Below are positions 9,396 through 32,740 of a stretch of DNA of 64,000 nucleotides, piece after piece. Numbering within the stretch: the first letter of the stretch is position 1; every line of letters starts with the position of its first letter. Made by a program: the position numbers and the translations under genes. The notes beneath the pieces were generated by a model. It was not told the DNA's origin and made no database searches. It worked only from the letters and a program-made list of their open reading frames with translations. Source of the DNA: Azospirillum agricola. GTDB taxonomy: Bacteria > Pseudomonadota > Alphaproteobacteria > Azospirillales > Azospirillaceae. The stretch is taken from NCBI RefSeq assembly GCF_017876095.1, contig NZ_JAGINM010000003.1, positions 63,491 to 127,490 of the forward strand, given 5' to 3'.

Positions 9396-11327
9396 TCACC
9401 AGTCGGCCTCCATGTCCGCTCCGGCGTCGGCCGGTTGCGGTTGCGGGGCGGCGGTTCCGCCGAAGGCCGGCAGGTCGAAGGCGTCGAGGAACAGGCCGAA
9501 GGTCAGCACCACCATCAGCAGGTCGTCCTCGAAGGTCTGGTTGAGGTCGCGCCCCGGCTCGCGGTGGAGGCGCTTGAGGCGCTCCACCGTGCCGGGGTCG
9601 AAATAGCCGTCGCGGCGGATGCGCTCGGGCGACAGCAGTTCCTCCACCAGCGGCACGCCGTGGCGCAGCAGCGCGGCGCTGCTCGGGGCGACGAAGCTGA
9701 ACTTCTTGCGCTCGACGATCTCCGGCGGCAGGTAGCGGCGGGCCAGCCGCTTCAGCAGGTGCTTTTCCTCGCCGCCATGGACCATCAGGGCGGGGGGGAT
9801 GCGGCGGGCCACCTCGATCACGCCGATGTCGAGGAAGGGATAGCGGGCCTCCACCCCGTTGGCGAAGGCCACCCGGTCGCCATGGTCGGCCAGCAGATGG
9901 TCGGCCATGCGCAGCTTGAAATCGAGGTAGGAGCGCTTGTGGAAGGCGTGCCGCCCGGCCAGCCGGGCGACGTCCACCGGCGGCCGGTCCAGGCAGTCGA
10001 AGCCGGGGAAGCGCGCGGCCACGGCCGGGGAATAGAGGGCCCGCTTGATCTCGGCCGCCGCCAGATAGTTCTTCTCGTAGAAGAATCCCGCGTCGCCCCA
10101 CAGCCGCTGGCGGAGCTGGGATTCCAGCAGGGCGTCGAGGTCGGCGGGGTCGGCGTCCGTCTCCCGGTGCTGGTCCAGCCGGTAGCCGACATAGCCGCCG
10201 AACAGCTCGTCGGCCCCCTCGCCGGTCAGCACCACCTTCAGGCCCCGCTCGCGCACCATCCCCGACAGGATCAGCGAGCAGGCGTTGTAGGATTCCCGCA
10301 GGGGCGCCTCGGCGTGGCGCACGATGTCGGCGAGATGGGCGTGGATCTGCTCCGGCCCGACGGCGGTCTCGTGGTGGAGGCTGCCCAGCCGCCGGGCCAT
10401 CAGGCGCTGGTGGGGGCTCTCGTCGATGCGGCCGTCCCGGAAGGTGATGGAGAAGGTCTGGCGCCGCTCGCCCGGCGTCAGGTCGGCGGCGATGGCGGCG
10501 ATCAGCGAGCTGTCCAGCCCGCCGCTGAGATAGGCGCCGACCGGCACGTCGGCCTGGAGCCGGTAGCGCACCGCCTGCCGCAGGGCGGCGTCCAGCTCCT
10601 CCACCCAGGAGTCCGCCGGACGGCTGTCGTCGATGGCGCCGGCCTCGGGATAGTCGAGGTCCCAATAGACCGAGCGCCGGCGCGCGCCGCTGGATTCCAC
10701 CACCAGCACGGTGCCCGGCTCCAGGCTCTCCACCCCCTCGAACAGGGTGCGCGGGCTGACCGGGCCGGGGAAGGTCAGGATCTGGTCCAGCCCGGTCAGG
10801 TCCACCCGACGCGGCACCGCCGGATGGCGCAGCAGCGCCTTGATCTCCGACCCGAAGACCAGCCCCTCGGCGGTGTCGGCGAGGAACAGGGGAGCGATGC
10901 CGACATGGTCGCGGCCCAGCACCAGCCGGCGGCGGGTGAGGTCGTAGACGGCGAAGGCGAATTGCCCGTTCATGCGGGCGGCGAACTCCGGCCCGTATTC
11001 CTGGTAGAGGGCCGGCAGCACCTCGGTGTCGGCGCGGGTGCGGAAGCGGTGGCCGCGCCGCTCAAGCTCGGCGCGAAGCTCCCCGTGGTTGTAGATCTCG
11101 CCGTTGCACACGGAGACCACGGTGCCGTCGGCGCTGAAGACCGGCTGGTTGCCCGCCGCCAGATCGACGATGGCCAGCCGGCGGAAGCCCAGGCCGATGC
11201 CGGGGGCGGTGAAGAAGCCCTCGTCGTCGGGGCCGCGATGGACCAGCGCCTCGGCCATGGCCGCCAGTCGGTGGCGGGCCACCGGTTCCGGATTGCCGGG
11301 GGTGAAGAGTCCGAGAATTCCGCACAT
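9396..11327 (-). CDS. asnB: Asparagine synthetase (glutamine-hydrolysing) family amidotransferase, AsnB-like, embedded in the NRPS operon
   Basis: 643 aa beginning MCGILGLF (class-II glutamine amidotransferase N-terminal Cys), followed by an Asn-synthase adenylation domain (SGGLDSS PP-loop). ATG at 11327 lies only 5 nt after the megasynthase stop (TAA 11333-11335). The tracked ORF 9396..16922 merely extends this frame upstream as an Arg-rich artefact over the megasynthase. Confidence 0.85.
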   Translation of the reverse strand: MCGILGLFTPGNPEPVARHRLAAMAEALVHRGPDDEGFFTAPGIGLGFRRLAIVDLAAGNQPVFSADGTVVSVCNGEIYNHGELRAELERRGHRFRTRADTEVLPALYQEYGPEFAARMNGQFAFAVYDLTRRRLVLGRDHVGIAPLFLADTAEGLVFGSEIKALLRHPAVPRRVDLTGLDQILTFPGPVSPRTLFEGVESLEPGTVLVVESSGARRRSVYWDLDYPEAGAIDDSRPADSWVEELDAALRQAVRYRLQADVPVGAYLSGGLDSSLIAAIAADLTPGERRQTFSITFRDGRIDESPHQRLMARRLGSLHHETAVGPEQIHAHLADIVRHAEAPLRESYNACSLILSGMVRERGLKVVLTGEGADELFGGYVGYRLDQHRETDADPADLDALLESQLRQRLWGDAGFFYEKNYLAAAEIKRALYSPAVAARFPGFDCLDRPPVDVARLAGRHAFHKRSYLDFKLRMADHLLADHGDRVAFANGVEARYPFLDIGVIEVARRIPPALMVHGGEEKHLLKRLARRYLPPEIVERKKFSFVAPSSAALLRHGVPLVEELLSPERIRRDGYFDPGTVERLKRLHREPGRDLNQTFEDDLLMVVLTFGLFLDAFDLPAFGGTAAPQPQPADAGADMEADW

Positions 11328-11332
11328 CGGCG

Positions 11333-26041
<14,709 letters not shown>

Positions 26042-26949
26042 CGTCAGCGTCTGGGTTGCGGCGGTGCGAGGGGGTGGTCTCGTGCGGAATCTCGGTTGTC
26101 GTTAAAAACAACAATGACATGCAAATCATTTTGCCAACGCGCGTGTCTGGTATGAGTATACATGAGTTTCTTTCTGGTGAAAATCTTAGTTTTTCTTCGT
26201 AATGCTCAGATAAATATTCGGAATCTAAATCGATGATTCCGGTATTTACCGGGTAATCGGAGAATTATCATTGGGATCGGCGATGAGTTCGTGGATTTTC
26301 TGAAAAATATCCTTCGCGAATTGACGGAGGGTTGTCTCTTGATGGGCGGTGTTGGCGGTAAACACGATTGCTGAACGCATCGATCGGCCATCTCGGAGAT
26401 TGTGGATTCCGCGCTGCGAGCGATCAATGGAGTATTAAAGACAAATTATACTTCTCAATGATTGTGATAATGCGCGCCACTACATTTCCTTTATTCTCTT
26501 TGTATAAACCTCGTTTCAGGAATGAGTTTTAAGCAATGAACGGTGAATTTCGAAATTCTCATGGCAATTCATGAATGTTATTGCATCGGTGCGCGCCTAT
26601 GGATTTATACGATCATCTGCCATTTTAGAAAAGACTCTTGTTGTCATTTCATTGTTGCATGGTATATAGCAAAATCTGCATAGATAACGCGGATATGTCA
26701 ATGCTAATGGCGGTTGATTTTATAAAGAATCGGTCATTCATTCGTATTCTTTGCCGTTTGGATGAGTAATTGGTTCCAATTCGGCGCGTGTTATTGAAAC
26801 ACATATGAAATATGTTCTGGAGGTGGATGGGGGTTTCTCTCCCAATAAGGCCGCTTCCTGAAAATTCACTGGACGATGGACCACTGCCGAAGCGGCTGGC
26901 CGCGTCCATCGGAAAACCTTCACCATCACTTCGGCCGGGGGGCGGTGTC
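26042..26949. promoter_or_regulatory. AT-rich (about 40% GC) intergenic island of about 0.9 kb containing the divergent promoters of the megasynthase operon (leftwards) and the hydrolase-autotransporter block (rightwards)
   Basis: Composition drops sharply from about 70% GC. Many A/T runs and short direct/inverted repeats are visible. No credible ORF; the tracked ORFs here are short, start-poor and low in GC3. Confidence 0.6.
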
Positions 26950-29900
26950 ATGGCGTGCAGCAAGGACGAGGTTTGCGAAAGGGGCAGGAGCCGGACAGGG
27001 ATCCTGCGGGATCTGCTGCTGGCGGGTGTCGCGCTGTGCCCGCTGGTGCTGGGGGCGGCCGAGGGCCGGGCCGCCAGCCGGGAGCAGCTGGGGCCGGTGC
27101 TCCAGGCGGTGATCGACATGACCGTGTCCCAGGGCTCCTCGTTGCAGGGCGTGGGCGTGGGGGTGAGCTACGGCAACGGCGAGATCTGGCTGGGGGCCGG
27201 CGGCTACCGGGACATCGCCCGGACCCAGCCCCTGCAACCGACCGACCAGTTCCGCATCGGCAGCCACAGCAAGACCTTCACCGGTACGGCGGTCCTCCAG
27301 CTGGTGGACCAGGGGGCGATCCGACTCGACGACACGCTGGAGCGCTGGCTGCCCAACACCGGCATCCCGAACAGCGGCGCCATCACGGTGCGCAACCTGC
27401 TGAACATGACCAGCGGCATTCCGGATTACCTGATGGCCGCGTCGCTGCGCTATCCGAACATGTCGGTGCTGGCCGAATGGAGCCGCTTCGCCCTCGGCCC
27501 CCCCTACGCCACCGCCGACTACACGCCCGAGCAGCTGATCCAGGCGGTGGTCCAGACGCCCGGCCAGACCTATGGCGCGGTCGGGCAGATGAAGTATTCC
27601 AACACCAATTTCGCCCTGCTGGGAATGATCGCCCAGAAGGCGTCCTGCGCCACGGCCGGGGGCTGCCGCTCCATCGAGACCCTGGTGAACAGCGGCGTCA
27701 TCCAGCGGCTTGGCATGGGGAGCACCCTGTTCCCCGTCGACGGGAACTTCACCGGCGTCCCGGTGCAGAACCTCCAGACCGTCATGCCCAGCGACGTGAT
27801 GCCCGGAATGCCCGCCGGCTCCTACAACGTCACCAACGCCAACCCCAAGGTGCCATGGGCGGCGGGATCGATCCTGTCCACCCCCCTGGACGAGCTGACC
27901 TGGATTCGCCAGCTGGCGCTCAACAACCAGAACCTGCTGTCCCAGCAGACCCAGATCGAGCGGCTGACCAGCACGGTGCCCGGCAACGTCGCCTACATTC
28001 CGGTGCAGTACGGGCTGGCGATCTACCACATGCCCTCCACCGGAACCGGCACCCAGCTGGTCGGCCACAGCGGCCAGATCGGCGGCTACGTCTCGTCCAT
28101 CTTCTACGATCCCCTGCTGGACGTCGCGTTCTCCATCAACATGACGGGCTACGCGACCGACGCCGCTCCCTGGTACCCGCTCTACGGCGGCAGCGCCTAC
28201 GCCGACGCCCTCCAGGGCGGCAACTTCAACACCGTGCCGATCCTGTGGGCGCTGGACCGCAACCTTCAGATCGCCATGCAGGCCCAGGGGAACTGCACCG
28301 GCTGGGGAGGGGACGTCACCGCCGCGCCGGCCACCTGCGCCGGCGACAGCGTCCGCACGGCGGCGCTGGACGTGTCGGGTTCCCTGACCGTGCAGCCGTC
28401 CGGGCGGGGCATCACCAACGCCGTGATCACCAACATCACGGATCCCATCCCCCAGGTGGCCTTCGTCACCGTGCCGCGCCCCAGCATCGCGTTCTTCGGC
28501 AGCGGCATGGCCGGCATCAACCTGAATCCGGGCGCCTCCCTGATCCTCCAGCCCGGCTCGATCATCGAGATGACCGGGGTCAACTCCGCCGCCGTCCTCC
28601 TGGGGGGCTACAACACGGTGACCGCCTCCGGCACGGTCAACGCCTATGGGGCGGGCAGCTCCGCCTTCGGGCTTCTCGGCAGCGGCAGCACCCTGAGCAT
28701 CGGCCCCTCCGCCAATGTGCTGGGCGACGTCCGGCTGGGCCGGGGGACCACCAACACGGTGATCGTGGACGGCGTGGTCGCCGGCAACATCGACATGACG
28801 AACACCAACACCCGGTTGCAGGGAAGCGGCCTCATCACCGGCACCGTCGGCGGCGGCGGCCGGGTGGCGCCGGATTACATCGTCGCCGGCGGGCTGGGCG
28901 GCGGCACCCTGCCCCAACTGACCGTCGGCTCCTACAACGGAAACAACACGGTGCTGGAGATCCACACCCGGCCGGGTGGGGTCAGCAACCGGCTGGTGGT
29001 GGCCGGCACCGCCGATCTGCTGGGCGGCACCCTGGAGCTGAATCCCGACTCGACGCGGCTGGACGGAATCTACACGGTGCTGACCGCCGGCACCGTCCTG
29101 AACCGGTTTTCCTTCGTCAACTCCATCGACCGCACCGCGGTGCGCGCCTATTACGGAGCGGGAGAGGTGACGGCGGCGGCGGTCAACGCGGTCAGCTTCG
29201 ACATGGGCGTGCGCACCGCCAACGCCGGCATCGGCCAGCATCTGGGCGTTCTCCAGGACCGGGCGGCGCTGTTCGGCGGCTCGCCGTTGCAGGTGGCGGC
29301 CCGGCCCGGCGGCACCCTGTCGGACGCCGCCGGCTCGGGCATCGAGGGGTTCGTGCCGCGCCGGCCGGTGGAGCTGCGCGGCCCCCGTGGGGTCAACCTG
29401 TGGAGCGACGCCTTCTACCACATGGGCCGCTTCGACCAGGCCAACGGGACCGCCGGCATCCGCAGCCACGGCATCGGCCTGGCGCTGGGCGCCGACGTCG
29501 AGCTGTCCCGCAGCCTGGGCGTCGGCGCCATGGCCGCCTACCAGACCACGCGGGCCAGGGCGGGCGACGGCAACGACACGGAACTGGATTCCCGGGCCTA
29601 CTACGCCGGCCTCTACGGCGTGGCGAAGCTGGACGCGGTGACGGTCGACGCCTCGCTCCTGGCCGGCATCGGCGACAACGACACCCGCCGCCCGACCATG
29701 GTCCTGGGCTCGGCGATGGCGGCGGCAGGCGATTACCGCGATCTGCGGCTGGCGGCCAAGCTGGGGGTCAGCCGCGAGGTCGACGCCGGTTTCGCCACCC
29801 TGGTGCCGCGGCTGGCGGCCTCCTGGTCGCGGGTGCAGGGCGATGGCTACGCCGAGAAGGGGGCGGGCGTCGGGGCGCTGGCGGTGGACAGCACCTCGTC

Positions 29901-30234
29901 CCAGCTGTTCCGCGCCGAGGCGTCGCTGGGCCTGCGCCGGGTCTTCGATCTCGGCGACGGCGACCTGGGCGGCGGCGGCCTGCTGAGCGAGCTGCGGGTC
30001 GGGGTGGCGCGCGACGTCGAACTCGAGGGGCGCACCGAATCGGGCCGGGTCATCGCCTACGACCTCCCCCTCAGCGTGGACGGCTACGCCGAGAACCGCT
30101 GGAGCGTCCCGGTGTCGGCCCGGGTCGAGGCCATGGCCGGCGAAACCGTCAGCCTGTTCGGCGCCTATGGCGGCGAATTCTCTTCCCGCTCGGCCAGCCA
30201 CCGCTTCAACGCCGGCCTGCGGGTCCGCTTCTGA
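26950..30234 (+). CDS. AmpC/class-C beta-lactamase-fold serine hydrolase (esterase/DD-peptidase family) fused to a C-terminal autotransporter beta-barrel
   Basis: Signal peptide (MACSKDEVCERGRSRTGILRDLLLAGVALCPLVLGAAEG). SxxK (GSHSKTF), YxN (YSNTN) and HxG (GHSGQIGGY) motifs. Long Gly/Thr/Asn-rich passenger repeats. C-terminal beta-domain ending ...NAGLRVRF (terminal aromatic). An alternative start at ATG 26812 has no SD. Confidence 0.7.
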   Translation: MACSKDEVCERGRSRTGILRDLLLAGVALCPLVLGAAEGRAASREQLGPVLQAVIDMTVSQGSSLQGVGVGVSYGNGEIWLGAGGYRDIARTQPLQPTDQFRIGSHSKTFTGTAVLQLVDQGAIRLDDTLERWLPNTGIPNSGAITVRNLLNMTSGIPDYLMAASLRYPNMSVLAEWSRFALGPPYATADYTPEQLIQAVVQTPGQTYGAVGQMKYSNTNFALLGMIAQKASCATAGGCRSIETLVNSGVIQRLGMGSTLFPVDGNFTGVPVQNLQTVMPSDVMPGMPAGSYNVTNANPKVPWAAGSILSTPLDELTWIRQLALNNQNLLSQQTQIERLTSTVPGNVAYIPVQYGLAIYHMPSTGTGTQLVGHSGQIGGYVSSIFYDPLLDVAFSINMTGYATDAAPWYPLYGGSAYADALQGGNFNTVPILWALDRNLQIAMQAQGNCTGWGGDVTAAPATCAGDSVRTAALDVSGSLTVQPSGRGITNAVITNITDPIPQVAFVTVPRPSIAFFGSGMAGINLNPGASLILQPGSIIEMTGVNSAAVLLGGYNTVTASGTVNAYGAGSSAFGLLGSGSTLSIGPSANVLGDVRLGRGTTNTVIVDGVVAGNIDMTNTNTRLQGSGLITGTVGGGGRVAPDYIVAGGLGGGTLPQLTVGSYNGNNTVLEIHTRPGGVSNRLVVAGTADLLGGTLELNPDSTRLDGIYTVLTAGTVLNRFSFVNSIDRTAVRAYYGAGEVTAAAVNAVSFDMGVRTANAGIGQHLGVLQDRAALFGGSPLQVAARPGGTLSDAAGSGIEGFVPRRPVELRGPRGVNLWSDAFYHMGRFDQANGTAGIRSHGIGLALGADVELSRSLGVGAMAAYQTTRARAGDGNDTELDSRAYYAGLYGVAKLDAVTVDASLLAGIGDNDTRRPTMVLGSAMAAAGDYRDLRLAAKLGVSREVDAGFATLVPRLAASWSRVQGDGYAEKGAGVGALAVDSTSSQLFRAEASLGLRRVFDLGDGDLGGGGLLSELRVGVARDVELEGRTESGRVIAYDLPLSVDGYAENRWSVPVSARVEAMAGETVSLFGAYGGEFSSRSASHRFNAGLRVRF

Positions 30235-30360
30235 GGCCGTGGCGCGGGGGTCGCGCGGGAAACCATGGACGGCGGGCCGACGCTCCCCGGAGCGGCCGGC
30301 CCGCCGTCCGATCTGTGCAAGACCATGAGCGACTGCAACACGAAGGAGCTGGAACACGCC

Positions 30361-30948
30361 ATGACCGAAAATCTGCACACAGACGTCAAGCCCGCCGGGG
30401 AGGTCGTTCCCGTCGACCGCCGCGCCAAGGCCGACGAGATCGTCCGCAAGCACGCCATCCTGGCCGCCGGGCTGGGCCTGATCCCCGTTCCGGTGCTGGA
30501 TCTGGCGGCGATCAGCGGCGCCCAGTACAAGATGATCCGCGAGCTGGCGGATCTCTACGGGGTGCCGGCCTCCAACGACCGGCTGCGGTCGATCGTCACC
30601 GCCCTGCTCGGCGGCGGGCTGCCGTTCCTGCTGAGCACCGGGTCGCTGGGCGCCGTCGCCAAGTCGATCCCGGTGGTCGGCACGGTGGTCGGCATCGCGG
30701 TGATGCCGTCCCTGGCCGGCGCGGCGACCCTGGCGCTGGGCCGGGTGTTCACCGCCCACTTCCGGGCCGGCGGCAAGCTGCTGGACCTCGATGTGGACGA
30801 GTTGCGCGAGCATTTCCACAGGGAGTTCGAGGCGGCCAAAAGCAACCCGGACGACCATGGCGTGCCGGCGTCCCCGGTCGAGGTTCCGGTGGCGCCCGTC
30901 GCGGTGACCAAGCCGGCGGCCAAGACGCCGCCGTCCCCCACCGTCTGA
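30361..30948 (+). CDS. DUF697 (YcjF-like) domain protein
   Basis: Motif HAILAAGLGLIPVPVLDLAAISGAQYKMIRELADLYG, typical of DUF697. Start chosen at the ATG (MTENLH...) preceded by AAGGAG 13 nt upstream; the tracked ORF begins earlier at 30265 (weak SD). Confidence 0.5.
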   Translation: MTENLHTDVKPAGEVVPVDRRAKADEIVRKHAILAAGLGLIPVPVLDLAAISGAQYKMIRELADLYGVPASNDRLRSIVTALLGGGLPFLLSTGSLGAVAKSIPVVGTVVGIAVMPSLAGAATLALGRVFTAHFRAGGKLLDLDVDELREHFHREFEAAKSNPDDHGVPASPVEVPVAPVAVTKPAAKTPPSPTV

Positions 30949-31037
30949 CCGGCGGCGCGGCAGGGTAAGGAAGAGCCGCCCGCCGCCCCGTGGGGCGCGG
31001 GCCGGACTGGCCCATTTTCGGCAAAGGACACGCAGGG

Positions 31038-31265
31038 ATGGCTCATGTCGTCTACATCGCGCTCTGTCTCATGGTCGGTGCCTTCGCCATAGGGCAGCGC
31101 GGCGGCTTTTTCCTGTACTTCATCCTGTCGCTCGCGATGTCTCCCCTGGCCGGGCTGCTGATCCTGATCATCGCGACCTCGCGTCTCGACCAGGAACGGC
31201 GGTCGATCCTGACCGACCGCCCCCCGTCGGCGCCCCCACTGTCGCAGCAGACCTCCAGACCATGA
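31038..31265 (+). CDS. Small two-TM membrane protein, translationally coupled (ATGA) to the SPFH gene
   Basis: MAHVVYIALCLMVGAFAIG...FFLYFILSLAMSPLAGLLILIIATS. AAAGGACA precedes the ATG. Its stop overlaps the next start at 31262-31265. A GTG at 30990 is an alternative start. Confidence 0.4.
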   Translation: MAHVVYIALCLMVGAFAIGQRGGFFLYFILSLAMSPLAGLLILIIATSRLDQERRSILTDRPPSAPPLSQQTSRP

Positions 31266-32740
31266 CCGACACCGCCGCCGCCCCGGAGACGTTCCGCGTC
31301 CGCTTCGCCCGCATCCCGCCGGTCCGCCGGCTGCGGGACTGGTACCTGCGCCACCGGCGCAACATCCTGCTCGGGGTGCTGATCGCCCTGTTCGTCGCCG
31401 TCTACCTCGCCCCGCTGATGGTGGTCAGCGTGCCGCCCGGCCATGCCGGGGTGCTCTACCGCCGCTTCGGCGGCGGCATCGACGTGCGCACGGTGCTTCA
31501 GGAAGGGGTGACGCTGATCTGGCCGTGGAACACGGTGACCGTCTACGACGTCCGTCTCCAGTACCGGCGGGAGGAGTACGAGGCCATCGCCCGCGACGGG
31601 CTGCACATCAGGATCGCCGTCAGTTTCCGCTACCGTCCCGATCCCGACGCCGTCGCCTACCTGCACAAGGCCGTCGGCCCCGACTACACCAACATCCTGC
31701 TGGTCCCGGAGGTCGGCTCCATCACCCGCCGCGAGGTGTCGCGGTATCTGGCGAGCGAGGTCTACGGCCCGCTGCGCAGCCAGATCCAGGACCAGATCTA
31801 CCGCGGGGTGCTGGACCACACCGACGGCAACCTGATCGGCGGAGTCCGCTTCTCCCAGCGGACCGACCATTACGGCCTGTTCCTGGCGGTGCCCCCGGAG
31901 CAGGGCATCCCGCACGACGTTCCCAAGGGGCGGGGCGCGCCGCTCGGCTCCAACGGCGTGGCCGACACCTTCATCGAGCTGAACGACGTGCTGATCAGCG
32001 ACGTGGTGCTGCCCGAGCGCGTCCGCGCCGCCATCGAGCGCAAGGAGGAGCAGGGACAGCTTGTCCAGGAATACGCCTTCCGCCTGGAGCGCGAGCGCTT
32101 CGAGAGCCAGCGCAAGGCCATCGAGGCGGACGGCATCCGCCAGTTCCAGGACAAGGTGCAGGAGGGAATCTCCGACAATTACCTGAAATGGCGCGGGATC
32201 GAGGCCACCCTGAAGCTGGCCGCCTCGGCGAACGCCAAGACGGTGGTGATCGGCGGCCAGAACGGCCTGCCGCTGATCCTCAACACCGGCGAGGGCGCCG
32301 TGCCGGCGCGGCCGGGGCACCCGCCGGCGACCGTGCCGCCCGAGATCGACAGCAGCGGCCTCGACCTGCCGGACCAGGAGCCGGGGAACCGGGACCCGAT
32401 GCCGCCGCCCGGCAGCGATCCCCACGCCGACCCGCGCACCGATGTCCGGCCGGGCGCCAAGCTGGCCCTGCGCGGCGATCCGGGCCCGGCACCCGTGGCG
32501 GCGACGCCGCTCCGCACCGCCCCGGTCGAACCGGTGCTCTCGCCCCTGATGGGGTTGGAGGGCACCGCCGGTCTGCTCGGCAGCCTGGGCGGCATTCTCG
32601 GCACGGTGCTGGGGCCGGGCGAGCGGATCCCCGCCATCCGTCCGGATTCCGTCCGTCCGTCCTCCGTCCAGCCCCCGCCAACGCCGCCGATGGCGCCGCC
32701 CACCACCCGTCCGCCCCCCATGGGAGCGACCGATCCATGA
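31262..32740 (+). CDS. SPFH/band-7 (prohibitin/HflKC-like) domain membrane protein with a Pro-rich C-terminus
   Basis: N-terminal TM (ILLGVLIALFVAVYLAPLMVV), then an SPFH core (VYDVRLQYRREEYEAIARDGLHIRIAVSFRYRPDPDAV...), a coiled-coil (ERKEEQGQLVQEYAFRLERERFESQRKAIEADG) and a PPxP-rich tail. Its stop overlaps the next ATG (ATGA at 32737). Confidence 0.8.
   Translation: MTDTAAAPETFRVRFARIPPVRRLRDWYLRHRRNILLGVLIALFVAVYLAPLMVVSVPPGHAGVLYRRFGGGIDVRTVLQEGVTLIWPWNTVTVYDVRLQYRREEYEAIARDGLHIRIAVSFRYRPDPDAVAYLHKAVGPDYTNILLVPEVGSITRREVSRYLASEVYGPLRSQIQDQIYRGVLDHTDGNLIGGVRFSQRTDHYGLFLAVPPEQGIPHDVPKGRGAPLGSNGVADTFIELNDVLISDVVLPERVRAAIERKEEQGQLVQEYAFRLERERFESQRKAIEADGIRQFQDKVQEGISDNYLKWRGIEATLKLAASANAKTVVIGGQNGLPLILNTGEGAVPARPGHPPATVPPEIDSSGLDLPDQEPGNRDPMPPPGSDPHADPRTDVRPGAKLALRGDPGPAPVAATPLRTAPVEPVLSPLMGLEGTAGLLGSLGGILGTVLGPGERIPAIRPDSVRPSSVQPPPTPPMAPPTTRPPPMGATDP

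Noticed and set aside
1526-9544. Long ORFs 1526..3856(+), 1749..3131(-), 3441..6902(-), 3983..9544(+), 7293..8567(-)
   Set aside because: All overlap the NRPS gene 1820..9325 in other frames or antisense. Their translations are Arg/Pro/Gly homopolymer-like and typical of high-GC out-of-frame reading; the NRPS frame carries ordered A/T/C/E motifs.
26206-27119. Short ORFs 26206..26427(-), 26649..27119(-), 26738..26929(-) in the AT-rich island
   Set aside because: Low GC3 unlike genuine genes of this genome, no SD, no recognisable product. Treated as non-coding regulatory DNA (a small peptide or sRNA cannot be excluded).
26926-30968. 1310-aa minus ORF and 1337-aa plus ORF 26955..30968
   Set aside because: Shadow frames of the hydrolase-autotransporter gene (26950..30234). 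The +1 frame translation is Arg/Gly/Pro-rich, whereas the chosen frame has SxxK/YxN/HxG motifs and a terminal-aromatic barrel.
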